From contig NIVC01000963.1 in assembly GCA_002269645.1 (NCBI GenBank), forward strand, positions 166,927 to 230,926: DNA of 64,000 bases, written 5' to 3'. The translations under genes and the position numbers were made by a program. This DNA comes from Macrostomum lignano. Lineage: Eukaryota. A model generated the notes under the pieces. The model was not told where the DNA came from, did no database searches, and saw only the letters and a list, made by a program, of their open reading frames with translations. Positions within the stretch are counted from its first letter, which is position 1. Each line of letters opens with the position of its first letter. Positions 61,420 through 64,000 of the stretch are shown piece after piece.

Positions 61420-64000
61420 CTTGATATGTTTAGCTGAAAAAGTTAAATATATTTAAAAGTATACAACTTTGAAGAAATCAAAATGAAAGCCCATAAGTTT
61501 TTTAGACCTACAATGATATGAAGATAATAACAAGAATATCCAACTTGAGGATGCAACTTTGCCTTTATAAGCTTTATTTAATCTTAAGCAAAGAGGCAGT
61601 GTTGGTCAAAGTAAATTCCAATTAGGTAACTTTGGTTCCAAGGAAAGTAACCTCTTGTACTTGTTCCAGTATCAATACTTTTTAAAAAATAACTTCTGGT
61701 CCTTTCTAATTTAAAGAACTGCCAATGAAAATGCACCTAAAAACTTCCTTATGGAAAAAAACAAAAACATAAGTTTGTCTAGAGTTAAATATTAGTCTTT
61801 TAGTTATTCCTAAAAAATTCTATTATTCCACAAGGATGATATAATATTATTGCATCCAAAATTTGAGTGAATTAACAAATAGAACTTAGAAAACAAGTAT
61901 AAGCAATATATTAAGTCACTAAACTTGTGACTCTTAAAAAAAGTTGGAGCCCAAATTTCAAATGTTGATTCAGACTCTTGAGAAGTATATATAGAGATAA
62001 TTTTTGGCTAATAGGCATGTCACAATAAATAGAATATATTCAGATTTAGTTACATAGACTTCAGCAAAATTTTTGTTTATGCAGGTTACTCTTCTTTAAA
62101 AAGAGTACTATGCTGTAGTCTTACAGCAGCATATGCTATTATAATAGTATGTATATTGCTAAGTTATTTAGAATCAAAGATAATCTTTTGACAGCCTTGG
62201 AAATATCATCTAACAATATAGAAAAAGGATACCATGACAACTAACAGTTGCAATTTGACAGATGGTTTAATGTCTTATACATAAATTCATTTGTCCAAGT
62301 CTTATACATAAAACATAATACTTTTATGATTAGAGCACTTTTGTGCTGCAATAGAAAAATATAATTAGCCTCAAACAAGTAAATACTTATAAAACACTCT
62401 TAGAATACATATACTCATCTTGCGCAAATATTGAGATGAAGAAATTATCTACCAGAAAGATTTCTATAAATCACAAGTGTAGTGTCCTAATGTATTACTA
62501 ATGGTCCTTATTAGAAAACTTGCAAGAAATTGTTTAATGTTTAATTATTTTAAATATGTCTTGTTTCTGCATTAATTGGGTTGAACTAAACAATTTATAA
62601 GCAAAAGAAACAACTAAGGCATAAAAAGAGAATTCTTGTTAATCATCATAGAAAATTTAATTATATGCTATTTTTAGGCTGCAAAGTTAAGTTTACAATA
62701 TAGCAAGGGTTTCTATGTTTTTATTTTTTATGCCTGTCATTTTAGTGCCCTAGTTTGTTGATTTAAGTAGTTACTAAAAATTCTTTTATTCATGATTCTA
62801 TGGGGTAGTAGGACTACCACTGTTGGGTTTTGCATTGGAACTTTTTTCCCTGGTTTGGCCTTTTCTGTCCACCTTGAGGTGCCTTAGTGACAAGGATTTT
62901 GTCATCTCCTATTTAGGGGTTTGGTCCCATTGTTAGCTTTCTTTTTGCCCTTTTGTGGTTTTGTGGGTTTTTACCTTTTTTGGCCCCTATATATTGCCCC
63001 CCTATTTTGGTCTTTTGTTTTTATTTGTGCTGCATGCTTTCTGCAGCTATTATTTTTGTATTTGCTGAACCACCTGTGGCCCTATAGCATGTCCCAATTT
63101 CTGCCCCATGGCAATGATTATTACTTATGCATAATCATATTTAATCTTGTACAAAAATTTATAACCCTGTCCTTCCTTCTGACTTACTTGTTTCTAATTT
63201 ACTTTTTTGACTCTTTGATGCTTGGATTGTTTATTTTAACTTCAGTTTAATAGTGAGTTTATAATCTTTATTTATCAAACTTAAACTACCAACTAACTAG
63301 CTAACTTATTACTGCATCTCTACTGGGAAACTTTGTAGTGGCTTATCTAAACCTAATATAATAAATACCAAAGAAACCAATATTATTTAAGCATAGTTAC
63401 TATTTGATCTATAGGCCCCTACACCTAGTCTATCTTGAGTACTTTGTCTATGGGACAAAATAACCAATTAATGTCAATTCTAAAAAAGCTCTGAGAAATT
63501 AACATTTTGTATATAAATTACAATGGTGACAGCACTACTCTTAGACTTAGTAAGCATCAATAACAAATTTTGACATACATTAAGTTTATAGTGTCTAAGG
63601 GCCCTACATTAAAAATATAATGAGAATTAAATAATTGTTTAAACAATTAACACAATATGCCTCATATATAGTACTAAGACTAAGACCTAGGCCTAAATTA
63701 AAAGAATGTTTAAAATGTTAGAATAATATTATCATTATCATGATTCATAAATACTTATAAAGGATATTTTCAACAATAGTTATCCTAGGCCATCCTATGC
63801 CCTGAGCCTGAGGCAGTGAGGCAGCAGATTTATTGTTTCAAAGCATTCTGACAAAAGCCAAAGGTAATCATTATTGGGTCAATCAAAATGAAGGCATAAT
63901 CCTAGTTTCCCACATTAAATTATTTTGGAGTTAAAAATCAACTGAATAAGTTAAAACAAGTTAGTCCATAGCAGTGAATAGTCCGCTTGAGCTCACTAAA

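Noticed and set aside
62921-63250. 109-aa hydrophobic ORF
   Set aside because: T-rich low-complexity sequence, non-ATG start, no family motifs.

Overview
Eukaryotic, intron-containing animal genomic DNA; there are no prokaryotic operons or CRISPR arrays. GC3-rich exons separated by minisatellite-filled introns suggest a flatworm such as Macrostomum (inference only). Genes reconstructed by hand from splice sites and reading phase: the 5' part of an NWD1/NWD2-like NACHT-WD40 gene (-), a caspase-like protease (-), a divergent flavin amine oxidase (+), a duplicated and rearranged pair of small His...Asn-Cys (permuted papain/LRAT-like) genes (-), a fibrinogen-related protein (+), a rhodopsin-class peptide GPCR (-), an N-myristoylated NCS-type EF-hand protein (+), a basigin-like Ig protein (+) and HDHD2 (-, with a 1-nt frameshift). 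The most striking feature is an intact 4.6-kb single-ORF I-group/Ingi-like LINE (2A peptide, 3 PHD-like fingers, APE, RT, RNase H, CCHC) inserted in the (CAG)n polyQ tract of the GPCR's third intracellular loop. It has a perfect 15-bp TSD and a (CAA)5 tail. Also present: a 2.8-kb CMC/EnSpm-type element whose empty paralogous site lies in the same window, hAT, Harbinger and TTAA-type MITEs, two LINE fragments, about 18 kb of tandem arrays, and two sharply bounded CpG-free domains.
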